A DNA stretch of 64,000 nucleotides from Octopus vulgaris (GCA_951406725.2 OX597835.1:9114001-9178000), one strand, 5' to 3'. Numbered from the stretch's first letter, positions 40,822 to 54,265 are shown. Notes: generated from the letters alone by a model not told the origin. A program made the numbers and translations.

Positions 40822-40935
40822 ATGCGCGTGATTTAGTGTTTAGCGCATTCGACTCAGGCTCGTAAGGTCGTGAGTTCAATTCCCGACGACGCGTTGTGTT
40901 TTTGAGCAAGACATCTTATTTCACGTTGCTCCAGT
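40822..40935 (+). mobile_element. Partial family D SINE
   Basis: gtttagcgcattcgactc...gagttcaattccc...ttgagcaagacatcttatttcacgttgctccag. Confidence 0.7.
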
Positions 40936-42191
40936 CTATTTATTTATATATATGTACATAAAGCATGTCTCCATGTGTGTATGTGTATGTGTGTTATAGA
41001 TATCCATTAAATAAAGAATTAAACCTCAGTTCGAAGAATGACGTAAGATTCATTAATGAAACGCAAAGTTTATTGACCTCCAACGTAAGCTGTTGTTTCA
41101 AAGGTTAATGCATTGTATTCGGAGGTCCGATATTATTATTTAAAGAATATTGGCAATACGTATGCAGGTGCTAATTAAAAATAGAAAAGAAACAATAAAT
41201 CAAAACTCCACAAGAGAGAAATTTTGGAATAAAATCAATAGAACCATCAACAGTAAAACAAAAAAAATGTTATTCAAACTTATATTTGAATTAATGATGT
41301 ATTTTAGTTAGACAGAAAGAAAGATGAGCTGAAAATTATTCAGGAATAAATTCTATCTCGAGTAGGATGTAAAGGAACCGCTTTAGCCCTGAAATAAAAT
41401 AACTTATTAAAAGGTCACATTTAAATTATTTAAGCTGAAGAGAGTAATTTTTCAAAGTAACCCAAAATATTTGGGATTTAGGAACAAATATGTGTAGAAA
41501 TAACCTTAACAATACTCCCGTTTGAGATAGAATTTTATACCAGCATATACTTTTTCGTATTTATTTATTAAAGAATGGATGCCTTTAACATAAATACATG
41601 CCAAGACATGAACATTATAAAATGAATATTCTTTAAATTTTGTGTTATTCACAGAATTCTTTTGTAAGTTCATTGCTTCAGTAACAAGATGAAAAAAATT
41701 ACCTTTCACAATGATTGTAACATATATAATCTACAGGTCTGATGTATATTCTTGTAAGCTGGAATATATAAAATATAGAATAGTTAAATTGTGTAGCAGA
41801 GATAGAATAACAAGCTTTCTAAAGGCACATTTCAAACGATATATAGTCTCCTGGCGTAGATATAACTATGATTATGGAGAGTCAAAACGAAAATCTTTTC
41901 AAAGTTTCGAAAACTGTTTCTAGTGGTTTCCCTTTAGATTTAAGATGTAGAACTAAAACATTCTCAATTGGAATCTTAATCGACACATATCAAAACTGAT
42001 ACAAAAGCAACTGTCTTCAAAATCTTCCAGTGTTTGCCAATGGCCGTACAGAATAGATTTCTATTTAGACTATGTCGAGTGATGCTACACTTTAACGAAT
42101 ATAATAATTTAAATCGAAATTGGATTTAACTTAAAACCTAGAAGTAGTAAGATCAGATAAGTGAAACTGTCTGCAAAGTTTCTGTAAATGC

Positions 42192-42515
42192 AATGGAGAG
42201 GCTTTCAAAATACAAAGACCTGGAAATAGAGGTAAATCGAATGTGGAACCTAACAAGAGAAATATTTCCTATCATAGAAGGCACATTAGGTATGATAAAA
42301 ACATATTCAGACAAATGCATAACAAATCACCAGGACTTACAAATATATATAACATACAGAAAATTGCACTACTGGGCACAGCACACATCCTACGTAAAAC
42401 ACTTTCATTACAGTAACCATAAGAGCATCACAGCAAACCCCTCACATACCCAAGGGACACCGAGCTGCGCGCTGTAGGGAAGGTAAAGCACGTTATAAAA
42501 AATAATAATAATAAT
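42192..42515 (+). mobile_element. R4/Dong-like retrotransposon 3' end, short copy
   Basis: MERLSKYKDLEIEVNRMWNL...IIEGTLGMIK, 3' UTR and (AAT)n tail; paralogous to 42840-43165. Confidence 0.85.
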
Positions 42516-42539
42516 AGAAACAATAAATCATATTATCTC

Positions 42540-43179
42540 TAGCTGCCCAGTCCTGGCTAAGAAGGAATATATTCACAGACATGACAGAGTTGGAACCTAC
42601 ATACATTGGAAGCTATGCTAACATTATGGAATAACAACAGAAAAAAAGATGGTATAGGCATACACCTGAAAAGGTCACAGAAAACGAGAAAGCAACCATA
42701 CTCTGGGATATGCCGATGCACACAGATAGAGAAATTAAGGCCAACAGACCAGATATAGTTGTCAGAGATCGTGAAGAAAAAAAATGCTTTCTAATTGATG
42801 TATCAATACCGGCAGATGACAACGTGTCTCTAAAAGAAATGGAGAAATTCTCAAAATACAAAGACCTGGAAATAGAGGTAACCTAGAATGTGGAATCTGA
42901 AACCAGAAACAATTCCTATCATAGTAGGTGCATTAGGCATGATAAAAAAATATTCAGACAAATACATAACAAAAACACCAGGACTTACAAACACATATAA
43001 CATACAGAAAATTGCACTACTAGGCACCGCACACATCCTACGCAGAACACTTTCCATACTATAACCAACAGAGCATCACAACAAATCACAGCACATACCC
43101 AAGGCACACAGAGCTGCGCTCGGTAGTGAACTGAAAGCACGCTATATAAGAATAAAACTACTGAATAATAATAATAATA

Positions 43180-43275
<96 letters not shown>
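42540..43275 (+). mobile_element. R4/Dong-like retrotransposon 3' end with REL endonuclease domain and long (AAT)n tail
   Basis: CPVLAKKEYIHRHDRVG...ILWDMPMHTDREIKANRPDIVV...LIDVSIP...KYKDL...GALG: RHD, RPD and D..K motifs of REL endonucleases; stop codon and frameshift present. Confidence 0.9.
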
Positions 43276-43276
<1 letters not shown>

Positions 43277-43329
43277 TAATTGAATATTGAACTGATGAGT
43301 GCATTATATACTAAGGCGGCATGATTCTC

Positions 43330-43512
43330 CCTAGACACAACAATACATATTTTCTCTCTGTGTTTATTTCTGTGTTCATTTCTGCTGAAGACCGTAGGTT
43401 CGAAACGTAAAATACTTTCTCATTTCCCGAGCGTTAAACAAATACATCTGTTTGTTGTTTACACACCCCTCTTCGTCTTTTGATTTGTTTGTTTTGTTGT
43501 AAATTCCAACAA
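43330..43512 (+). mobile_element. Penelope-like pLTR fragment with minimal hammerhead-like motif at 43385-43409
   Basis: ctgaaga-ccgtaggttc-gaaac-gta; ends in a TA-rich tract. Confidence 0.45.
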
Positions 43513-43744
43513 TATATATATATGTATATTATATATGTTTGTATGTATATACAGGCACAAACACACACAGAGACAACACACACATATATGTGTGTACATA
43601 CTATATTATTGAACGGAATTTTATGGACTTTTCATTAATAGAGTTTATTATTTAAGCTAAAAATCTGTTATAATTTAAGAATATCATTGACGTCTGAAAT
43701 GAATTAAATATTTAGAAAATAAGATTTTATTGCTGCTATTTCAC

Positions 43745-43902
43745 ATTCGATGAGAATAGTCCTTTAGTTTATTATTTGCAGAAGGACAACTATCCTGAAA
43801 CACGTGTCCCTAGATGCAGTTTCGGCAGCCGGGGGTGTTTGTCTCCCCTTCGTATATGTATATAAGGACACAGGGAAAAATGTGTCAAAGCCATCAGGAG
43901 GC
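43745..43902. ncRNA. Two convergent hammerhead-like motifs
   Basis: Plus: tcgatga-gaatagtcctt...aaggacaactatcct-gaaac-acgt-gtc. Minus: cctgatggc...gcc-gaaac-tgca-tctagg. Confidence 0.4.
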
Positions 43903-44344
43903 GTTCGATGCTTCCTAGGGCTATACAGCGGTGGTGTACCCCCTACTGTCACGTTCTTGTTAGATTGACAGTATACAACCATTCTATCGCCCCACCACCG
44001 TACATGTCTCTACGAGAGATTTAGAACTTCAATATTTCTTAAAATATAACTGTTATATTTCAAAGTTATTTAACTTTTACAATACATAAATAAATTAAAA
44101 ATAAAACAATAACGAAATAAAAATTGCAAATATAGTTAGGCAAAAAGTATTTTTTCTGCCTCAACATTACAGCAGATGGTTTAGTGACAAAATATGCACC
44201 AAAAATGTTAATAAGTAAAAACATGCACATTAATTTTTCTTTACTCTTTACTGGTTTGACGCGCGATTTATCTCGCTGAATTTGTTTACACGCAGATGCA
44301 CACACACACAAATACACACACACATGTATATTTATATGAGTATA

Positions 44345-44384
<40 letters not shown>

Positions 44385-44409
44385 ATATATATATGTATAT
44401 ATATATATA

Positions 44410-44455
<46 letters not shown>

Positions 44456-44887
44456 CACATACATATGGATGTGTATATATACATATATATATATTCAATG
44501 AAAAGAAGACATAGAAATTTCTTTAACACATCTTTAATTGTAAGTTGCATATGTTTCCGTAACATCTCCATTTTCAATGCCAGTATACGCGAATTCTGAA
44601 AGAAGAATTACGCAACATTGCCGGTTTTAGGCATTGGAGAGGCACTTACTCCGACTTGTATCAAAGGCGTGCTATTACATTGTAAGACTGTCAGAGCATG
44701 TTGTTAAGAAAATACCGGGAGGAAATAAAAATGAAAGAAATTTATATGCGTGTATGCGGGTTATGTCTGTGGAGATGTTATGTGGAGGGGGGGAAGAGGG
44801 TGGATCTGTATAATGGTAGGAGGGAAGAAGGGAAGAAGGGATAGGGTAACAAATAGAAGGCGAAAGAGAAGCGGTAGAGGAGGAAGT

Positions 44888-44970
44888 AGAAGAAGAAGAA
44901 GAAGAAGAAGAAGAAGAAGAAGAAGAAGAAGAAGAAGAAGAAGAAGAAGAAGAAGAAGAAGAAGAAGAAG

Positions 44971-45000
<30 letters not shown>
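44888..45000. repeat. (GAA)n microsatellite
   Basis: Direct reading. Confidence 0.97.
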
Positions 45001-45001
<1 letters not shown>

Positions 45002-45183
45002 GGGAAGGGGGAGTTAAATACTGTGGGCAGTCCTGATAGCAAAACGGTTTATCCTATCGTATTCTAGCGGTGTGTCAGCCAGTAGAGGCAGAACCATTGT
45101 TGACAAATTCATCCACAGAAGACGATGTATTTGACCACACAGCGACATATGTACGTATGAAATTATAAATAAATAACAGTAGT

Positions 45184-45569
45184 GGAGACGCAATGGCCCA
45201 GTGGTTAGGGGAGCAGACTCGCGGAGGTAGGATCGTGGTTTCGATTCCCAGACGGGGCGTTGTGAGTGTTTATTGAGCGAAAACACCTAAAAGTTCCACG
45301 AGGCTCCGGCAGGGGCTGGTGGTGATCCCTGCTGTACTCTTTCACTACAACCTTCTCTCACTCTTACTTCCTGTTTCTGTTGTGCCTGTATTTCAAGGGG
45401 CCGGCCTTGTCACTCTCTGTGTCATGCTGAATATCCCCGAGAACTACGTTAAGGGTACACGTGTCTGTGGAGTGCTCACCCACTTACACGTTAATTTCAC
45501 GAGCAGGCTGTTCCGTTGGTCGGATCAACAGGAACCCTCATCGTCGTAACCGACGGAGTGCTTCCATCC
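45184..45569 (+). mobile_element. Family B SINE, full length
   Basis: 17-bp TSD aaataaataacagtagt at 45167-45183 and 45570-45586; A and B boxes present. Confidence 0.92.
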
Positions 45570-45802
45570 AAATAAATAACAGTAGTAATATACTATGATA
45601 ATACCAGAGGATATTCTTATTTCACGACAATTGTTTCACAGTTTAATAAACATATGTAAATGATTTACTTTATTATATTTTGTAATAAGCAATTAATTAA
45701 TTTCATGTCTGTATTAACATATACACAATTTTTGTTTTAACTAATGCAAATCATTAAGCTAGCTCATCAGCCTAAAAGAAATACATATATATGCATTTAA
45801 TA

Positions 45803-46670
45803 TACGAGGTTGTATCAAAAATTTGCAGGACTACTTCTGTAGCCCGCCAAAAAATGGCAGCATACGATTGCGTGCGCAAAGGGGGCAGTGTGCCGAGCGA
45901 CATTACTTTGTGTAATCTGCAAGCTGTTAGATTCGTGTATTTGTAGTCATGACTATGTTGTAGTCTGCGATTTTTCGTTATGGACAGGAAGCTGGAACAA
46001 AGAGCCAATGTCAAATTTGGCGTTAGTCTTAGGAAGTCCCCTACAGAGACATTAAGCAAACTTAAGGTGACAAGGCAATGGTTTGTACGGAATATTTGGA
46101 ATGGGTGCTTCGAAAACGGAGGAACGTTTTTGGAAGGTGATGAACAATCTAGAAAACTTTCCACCAGCGTCAAACACGTAAACGTCGAGAAGATTCGTTA
46201 AGTTCTGTATGAAGCTAGTCGGAGAACAATCCAAGAGGTTTTGAAGCGCTTGAAGCGGGTGGGACATTCGGCCAAAACGACCGAATCTGTGGCCGAATCT
46301 TCACGACAACAATCCACCCTGTTACAGCGCTTCCGCACCCGTGAGATTATCGCCAAAAACAAAATGGTATCGCTTTATAAGGCGGCGAGCTGGCAGAAAC
46401 GTGAGCACGCCGGGCGAAATGCTTTAGCGGTATTTCGTCTGCCGTTAGGTTCTGAGTTCAAATTCCGCCAAGGCCGACTTGGCCTTTCATCCTTTCGGGA
46501 TCGATGAATTAAGTACCAGTTACGCACTGGGGTCGATGTAATCGACTTAAACCGTTTGTCCTTGGTTGTCCTCTCTGTGTTTAGCCCCTTGTGGGTAGTA
46601 AAGAAATAGGTATCGCTTTCACGCACGCGGATTTGGCTCCTGCGGACATCAATATTTTCCCCAATATGAA
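45803..46670 (+). mobile_element. Decayed mariner element (same family as 24011-24888) interrupted by a SINE
   Basis: TIR tacgaggttgtatcaaaa; MDRKLEQRANVKFGVSLRKSPTETL; ADLAPADINIFP (decayed PDLAPxDF.LFP) after the SINE. Confidence 0.85.
46379..46608 (+). mobile_element. Family A SINE nested in mariner
   Basis: TSD ggtatcgcttt at 46366-46376 and 46609-46619. Confidence 0.9.
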
Positions 46671-46849
46671 TACTATTTCCACCTACATACATGTGTGTGC
46701 CTTGATTGCGAACGTACAAAGTAGGTGTGTGTGTGTGTGTGTGTATGTGAGTGTGTGCGTGTGCGTGTGTGTGTGTGTGTATGTGTACATACACGAAGGG
46801 TCCTAAAATATTCTTGATACCTTTTTTCTTCCATTTCTTCTTTTTCTTT

Positions 46850-47056
46850 TACTTGTTTCAGTCATTTGACTGCGGCCATGCTGGAGCACCGCCTCTAATC
46901 GAGCAACTCGACCCCGGGACTTATTCTTTTGTAAACCCAGTACTTATTCTACCGATCTCTTTTGCCGAATCGCTAAGTAACGGGGTCATAAACACACCAG
47001 CATCGGTTGTCAAGCAATGCTAGGGGGACAAACACAGACACACAAACACACACACA

Positions 47057-47114
<58 letters not shown>

Positions 47115-47280
47115 TACGACGGGCTTCTTTCAGTTTCCATCTACCAAATCCACTCACAAGGCTTTGGTCGGCTCGAAGCTATAGTAGAAGACACTTGCCC
47201 AAGGTGCCATGCAGTGGGACTGAACCCGGAACCATGTGGTTGGTAAACAAGCTACTTACCACACAGCCACTTCTGCGCCT
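46850..47280 (-). mobile_element. Family C SINE with internal (TA)n
   Basis: Matches 26522-26922. Confidence 0.88.
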
Positions 47281-47663
47281 ATCGTGTAAAGAAAATACAG
47301 ATGGATCAGTAGATTATAATTTTTTTCCACATGCTCCCCTCTCACATTCACCCATTTGTTGCAGCAATCCTTCAGTTTTTCTAAGACCTGTAAAATAACT
47401 CGGAAGATTGCTCTTCTAACCCAGGCTTTCGTGATAGTCTTAAGCCCAGGAATCTTCCAGCATATCATTTGTTGATGCCTAAGTTCTTCCGTAACCTTGA
47501 AGAACCAAGTTATGTTCACATAATGGGGAATGATTTTAATCGGACACCTACATATATTCGCAAAGATATTACTTACAAATTTATTTTAACATAAATATCT
47601 TCAAGCAACACTCTCTTTTTCACCCATATTTTAACACATGTAAATACGTTACTGAATGATCAC

Positions 47664-47740
<77 letters not shown>

Positions 47741-48234
47741 TGTAGATGCCTCTGTACATGCACACATACATACATGCTCACATACACACACACAGAGGCA
47801 CACATACTTATATACCTATATATACGCGAATGTGCGCATTGCATGATGTCGAAACGCTTTCTTGCCGTTTGTATCCCCACAGTAATATTTGCACTTATTT
47901 CATTTTCGTTTTTCTTCTCATCAACAGCAATTCATAATTATTTCCCTTATATTCAAACCACTTACTTTCAATTTTCAATTTCATTTGAAATTCATATCCG
48001 TGCCTTAAACGCTACCTTTTTACCATTTCACAAGTTTATTTCCTATTCATATTTCTCTACTTAAGATTTATATATTCCTATCTATATGACAACTTCCCCA
48101 CTGAATTCCGTAACGGATTTCTATTTCTTTCCAAAATTACTCCAATTCATTCATGAATTTTCCTCATATTATACCTGTCACAATATCGTTAAAGAATATA
48201 TTTCTTCTCTTAGAACAGATTATGGCAATTATTT

Positions 48235-48725
48235 GTGTCCCTGAGCAAGACATTTTATTTCACATTGCCCCAGGCTACTCAGCTGGCAAAAACGTTTCCT
48301 ACCAGTATTCCAAATATCAGCCTTGTACTATTCTGTGTCACGCTGAATCTTCCTGACAACTACGCTAAGGGTACACGTGTCTGTGGAGTGCTCAGACACT
48401 TGCAGATAAATTTTAAGATCAGTTTGTTCTTTACATTATTATCCCTCAAGGAATGAAGGGCAAAATTTGTCCCGATGATAGTTGAACTCGGGGCGTAAAT
48501 AGCTACACGTAATACTACTAATCATTTTGTGTACGACGCACTAGCATTTGTTTTTATTAATACTGGTTCAAATTTTGGCACAAGATTAACAGTTTCGGGG
48601 GAGGATTAAGTGGCTTACATGGCCCTGAGTCGTGAGAGGCAAGTGGACGTTTGACCTTATTAATTGCTGACGAAATGCCGCTAAGAATTTTAACCTGCGT
48701 GCTAACGATTCTACCAGGTCGCTTT
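48235..48725. mobile_element. Cluster of decayed SINE fragments (family B/D-like on plus, family A on minus)
   Basis: gggtacacgtgtctgtggagtgctcagacacttgc (family B); gaaatgccgctaag...cgtgctaacgattctaccaggtcgc (family A head, reverse). Confidence 0.65.
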
Positions 48726-49089
48726 CTCTTCGTGTTTATTAATATTAATTTAATATGTGAAAATTATTTATTATCAAGTAGTGACTGTCCAGATATTGAT
48801 TACCATACTCAATGATCACTTTCTTTCTTTCGTTAACGTCTACCCGTTTTATTCTCGATGTTTCCCAATATATATTATCGATTATCCCTTGCTAATTCTA
48901 GCTACCTTTTTATATTCCTGTGTAGAGAAATTAGGAAGTTAATTGGCAATCCTCTAAGCTTATTCAAAATATTTATTCCTTTCCTTTTCTGCATTCGAAT
49001 TGAGCATTTCCTTGACATGAAGATATACGTTTTCACACAAGAGCGTGCAAAAAGACGCCATTGATACATATGCATATATGTATGCATAT

Positions 49090-49129
<40 letters not shown>

Positions 49130-49575
49130 ATATATATATATATATAAACAAAACATTCAAAAGAAATATTTTCATGAATTGAACAGCGACTGCTACCATC
49201 CACTTCTGGGTCATTTGCTGACCATTCAAAATACTACGGTCAGGGCACTCCCACATTCTTATTCTTATTCTTATTCGCCTTCTTCTCTTCCTCCTTCTTC
49301 TTCTTCTTCTTTTTCTTTTTCTTCTTCTTCTTCCCTACCAAGAATTCACAACTACTTCGAACCCGCAAGAGTAATCAAGAGAGATAGAGACAGGCAGAAA
49401 CAAGAAAAATGCCACTTGTATTTGAACACTATACAAATATTCTTTTAAAAAAAAACTTTTCTTTTAATTTTTCTAAATTTAATTGTTTAATTGTTACAGT
49501 AGAAAAAGTCTCAATGAGAGAAACCGGTACTGAAAAGTTTTTTATAAAATTATTTTAGCATTTTCTATCTTGATT

Positions 49576-49608
<33 letters not shown>

Positions 49609-49611
49609 CTC

Positions 49612-49669
<58 letters not shown>

Positions 49670-49939
49670 TATAAAGGATATAAATTTGATTATGAGTTAT
49701 ATATATAGGGAAAAAATTTAAATGACAACTTAAGCGACGGGTGAAATATCGCTAAAAATTTTCCCAGCTCGCTAATTGTTCTGTCAGCTCGTTACCTTAT
49801 TAATCATAATAACAAAGATAAATAAATATAATAATAATAATAAAGGGATAGAATAACTTAATATAATCCATTCGAATATTCGATATCTTTCAAACACATT
49901 TTGGGCGATTGAATCTGGCTAGGCGAGCAGGCCAACATA

Positions 49940-50120
49940 ACAAAGAGCGAGAGAAAGTTGCTGCGAAAGAGTATAGAAGGGATCGCCGCAACGCCCTGCC
50001 TGAGCGTCGTGGAGCTTTAAGTGTTTTTGCCCAATAAACACTCACAATGCCCGGTCTGGGAAATTGAAATCGCGATCCTACGACCGCGTGTCCGCTGCCC
50101 TTACAACGGGGCCATTGCAC
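49940..50120 (-). mobile_element. Diverged partial family B SINE
   Basis: cccggtctgggaaattgaaatcgcgatcctacgaccgcgtgtccgctgccc matches the family B head. Confidence 0.8.
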
Positions 50121-50122
50121 CT

Positions 50123-50209
<87 letters not shown>

Positions 50210-50231
50210 ATGTGTGTATATATTAATTAAT

Positions 50232-51430
50232 TAAAAAATGCCAACAAAAGTATAAGAATTCGATATTATGAAAATAGAGGAATTTAAATATATATATATA
50301 TACATGTCAGTTTGAGTGTGTACGTTTGTAGTTTTTATGAACGCAGAAAGTTTCTATCTATTGTGAGAATGTGGTTGTGTGTATTTATTATTTTTTATAT
50401 TATATATCTTTTATATTCTTCGTGTCTATTAAAGTAACTCCCCTTTTATTCAACGGGTTTTCTTTCATATCGACAAAAATTGCCGACGAAAATGCCCGGA
50501 AGCTTTAAGCTCCAGCATTTGAAATTCCTTTATGACAACTTACTGAATGTCCTACACTGTATATATATATATATATATTTAAATTCCTCTATTTTCATAA
50601 TATCGAGATCTCGTTCTTTTGTCGTCATTTTCTTATTATTAATTAGTAAATTACCCCCCGTATACCGCAGCATTTTCTCTAAGAGGCTATACAGGAAAAT
50701 CGGTTGTGAAGAATTTAATATGAACCCTTACAGTATCGATTATTCTATGAAAAACATACATATACCCTCCAGGGAACTATGCTCTAAGAAACTATTGGAG
50801 AAAATTGCAGACCTTATTAAGCGTATGAGATGGAAGGTCTTCTTTTACAACAAGGAAGAGACCACTACAGAAACTATATTCCATGAAATTAAATGAAAGA
50901 CATTCCCTCCCAAAAGCAACGACTTAGAAGACTTCGAATCGGATCTCTGAAGCTTATAGACAAAATAAAATTTCGTAAATCATTTAACACTTTCCAACAG
51001 AAACTGTAAAAGGACATCAAAAACATAAAAAGTTCCCCCCAAAAAAAGTCTGGCACTTGTTCCTGATAAAACCAATAACTTATACCTTGTAGACAACAGT
51101 ACATACTCACAACCCCTACTTAACAATGTTATTAATAATTACACTCAATCTACACCAGAAGTTTATAACGACATTAATAAAGAAGCTAGTGTCATCGCCA
51201 CTATGCTTAAATTAGATTTTAATAAATAGAAATCCTTTGATTAGCAGGCCTATCAAGTAACACTTATGGATAGGCACCTTCCAATTAATCATAAATACAG
51301 GAAACTCTTCAATAGGCATAACCTTCAAATTAGTTTTAGTTCAACCACAATTTTTTAATATATTTGCGCATAACATACGAAAAACAACAGCACAAAACCG
51401 GCATACATACATACATACATACATACATAC

Positions 51431-51461
<31 letters not shown>

Positions 51462-51715
51462 CATACATACATACATACATACATACATGTCGGTGTGAGT
51501 GTGTGAGAATGTGGTTGTGCGTATTTTTATTTTTATATCTTATATCTTTTGTATTTTTCATATCTATTAGAGTAACACCCCTTTTATTCAAAGTTTTTTT
51601 TTTATATAGCGTCTATCGTGAAAAATAGCCGATGGAAATGCCCCGAAACTTTTAGCTCCGACATTTGAAACCCTAAGTCCTTTATGACAACTTACTGATT
51701 GTCCTGTACTGTATA
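50232..51715 (+). mobile_element. Internally deleted Penelope-like retroelement (Naiad-like) with direct pLTRs and a short inverted 5' segment
   Basis: Direct repeats ~50363-50560 and ~51502-51712, each with a hammerhead-like motif; ORF remnants YSMKNIHIPS...LIKRMRWKVFF, VPDKTNNLY and DRHLPINHKYRKLFNRHNLQISFS; 50238-50290 is inverted relative to 50577-50630. Confidence 0.8.
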
Positions 51716-52313
51716 TATATATATATATATATACATCTTCGTATGTATCCATAAACGCATATGCCTAATGTTGCCTCATTATGTTTTACTGTCACTTCAT
51801 TCCGTAATTATTAAATATCATTTATATGGTTTTAAAGTGTTATTTCAAACATCTTCCCAATAGATATGTCATTTAGATAAGGGTAATTTTAATCGCTAAA
51901 ACGGCATATATAATTTCTAATTAAAATTCTATTGCTTATAACTTCAAATATGTTAACACCTAATTTGTTACATACGAGGCTCCGTATCAAACCAACCCAT
52001 ATAAGGTGGATACAAAGATCAATGGTTTTTCTAAAACCATTATTGCAGTAAATACACTTATATGGCATCAAAATATTTCAATGAAAATTCAGTGTTATTA
52101 TTTCTTCTCAGGAGAATATTCACTAAATTAATGATTATTATCAATTAGTGCTGATTTATCCTTCTGGCATTATGCCAGATGATTATAGCCGTATGGTGTG
52201 TGAGAAATTTCGCTAGGTTTGAGGTGTTCTAATAGCGCAGACATAAAAAAAATAAAACCATCACATTAGTACATATATTGATATACAATTCTACTATACG
52301 AGCCCCATGTACA

Positions 52314-52352
<39 letters not shown>

Positions 52353-52387
52353 GTGTGTAACTAAATATGTTATTTTCTATATAATAG

Positions 52388-52846
<459 letters not shown>

Positions 52847-52849
52847 AAA

Positions 52850-52882
<33 letters not shown>

Positions 52883-53349
52883 TGTATGTATGTATGTATG
52901 TATGTATGTATGTATGTATAGAGAGACAGACAGACAGACAGAGTGAGAAAGAGAGAGAGATTTCTGTGTGTCTATGTACGTATGTATTTGTCTATGTACA
53001 TGTTTGTATGTATCTAATAAAGTAAATCTTAAGCAATATAAATTTCATAAGCATGAATGTCTGAAGATACCAACATGAATATTTAAAGCTAGAAAGTTAT
53101 AATGCTTCTAATCCTAATTAATAATGATGAGCAGCGAGTAAGAGACACAGATATTTTGCAATAGTGAATAGAATCGACACGGAATATATTCCTTCAGGAT
53201 TATTGATACGAATTCAAATATTAACTACGGAATTTTTTTTTTTTTTATCAAGACACAGAGGAAGTGGATTTAAACTGAAAAGAAAAGGAGATCTTTGCAA
53301 CAGGCACTGAGTTTCCGGCCGGAAGTGGTTGCTTTACCTAAGTAATAGG

Positions 53350-53582
<233 letters not shown>

Positions 53583-53753
53583 ACTTCAGCTATAAGGTAG
53601 TAATGGAAATGAAAAGGTAAATATATAGATTTTCCAGATTTCCTTGGTATTATGTACAGATGGTTTGAAAAATTATTTTGATGGAAAGAAGAAAAATGAG
53701 GCATCTATATGGCCATGAATGTTGGTATAACAATGTATACCTACGACGCCATG

Positions 53754-53801
<48 letters not shown>

Positions 53802-53820
53802 AATACATACATATACATAA

Positions 53821-53861
<41 letters not shown>

Positions 53862-53863
<2 letters not shown>

Positions 53864-54092
53864 TAAATTAGAGATAAAACCACTATTAGGCAAATCATAC
53901 AATGAAAAACTTAAGCCAATACATAAGATTAATTAATTTATATTATTTAAATATATATCAAAATTATTAAAAAAAGATAATTAATTTAACACTACGATCG
54001 TTTCATGGCTGTTCAATTCTTAAAATTTTCGAGTTACAGTCATTCTTCAGGTGGTTTACATATTTAACTTGGCGAGGTTTAATCAATGAACT
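53862..54092 (-). mobile_element. Penelope-like pLTR fragment between (TA)n tracts
   Basis: Third and longest copy of the 17025/31396 family; carries the hammerhead core at 53988-54057. Confidence 0.7.
53988..54057 (-). ncRNA. Type I minimal hammerhead ribozyme candidate with intact core
   Basis: Minus strand aaccac-CTGAAGA-atgactgt...acagccat-GAAAC-gatc-GTA-gtgtt: both conserved boxes, stem II with one mismatch, palindromic GAUC loop, GUA triplet, short stem I cac/gtg. Confidence 0.65.
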
Positions 54093-54112
54093 TATATATA
54101 TATATATATATA

Positions 54113-54265
54113 CGGAGTAAACACATAGATGTGAAAGAAGGTGGAAAAGAGGCTACTAAAATACCAGCGGTAGAGTAATATGCTTTATTTAAAAGCAGCA
54201 GAAATATATCAAAATTTGTTACTCAGAGTTTCACGTTCCTGTTCTTTGGACAGTTTTGCTAAAAT
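54113..54265 (-). mobile_element. Second pLTR-like fragment with degenerate hammerhead-like motif
   Basis: Minus strand tgt-ccaaaga-ac-aggaac-gt-gaaac-tctga-gta-aca, followed by aaataaa; starts at a (TA)n tract. Confidence 0.45.
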
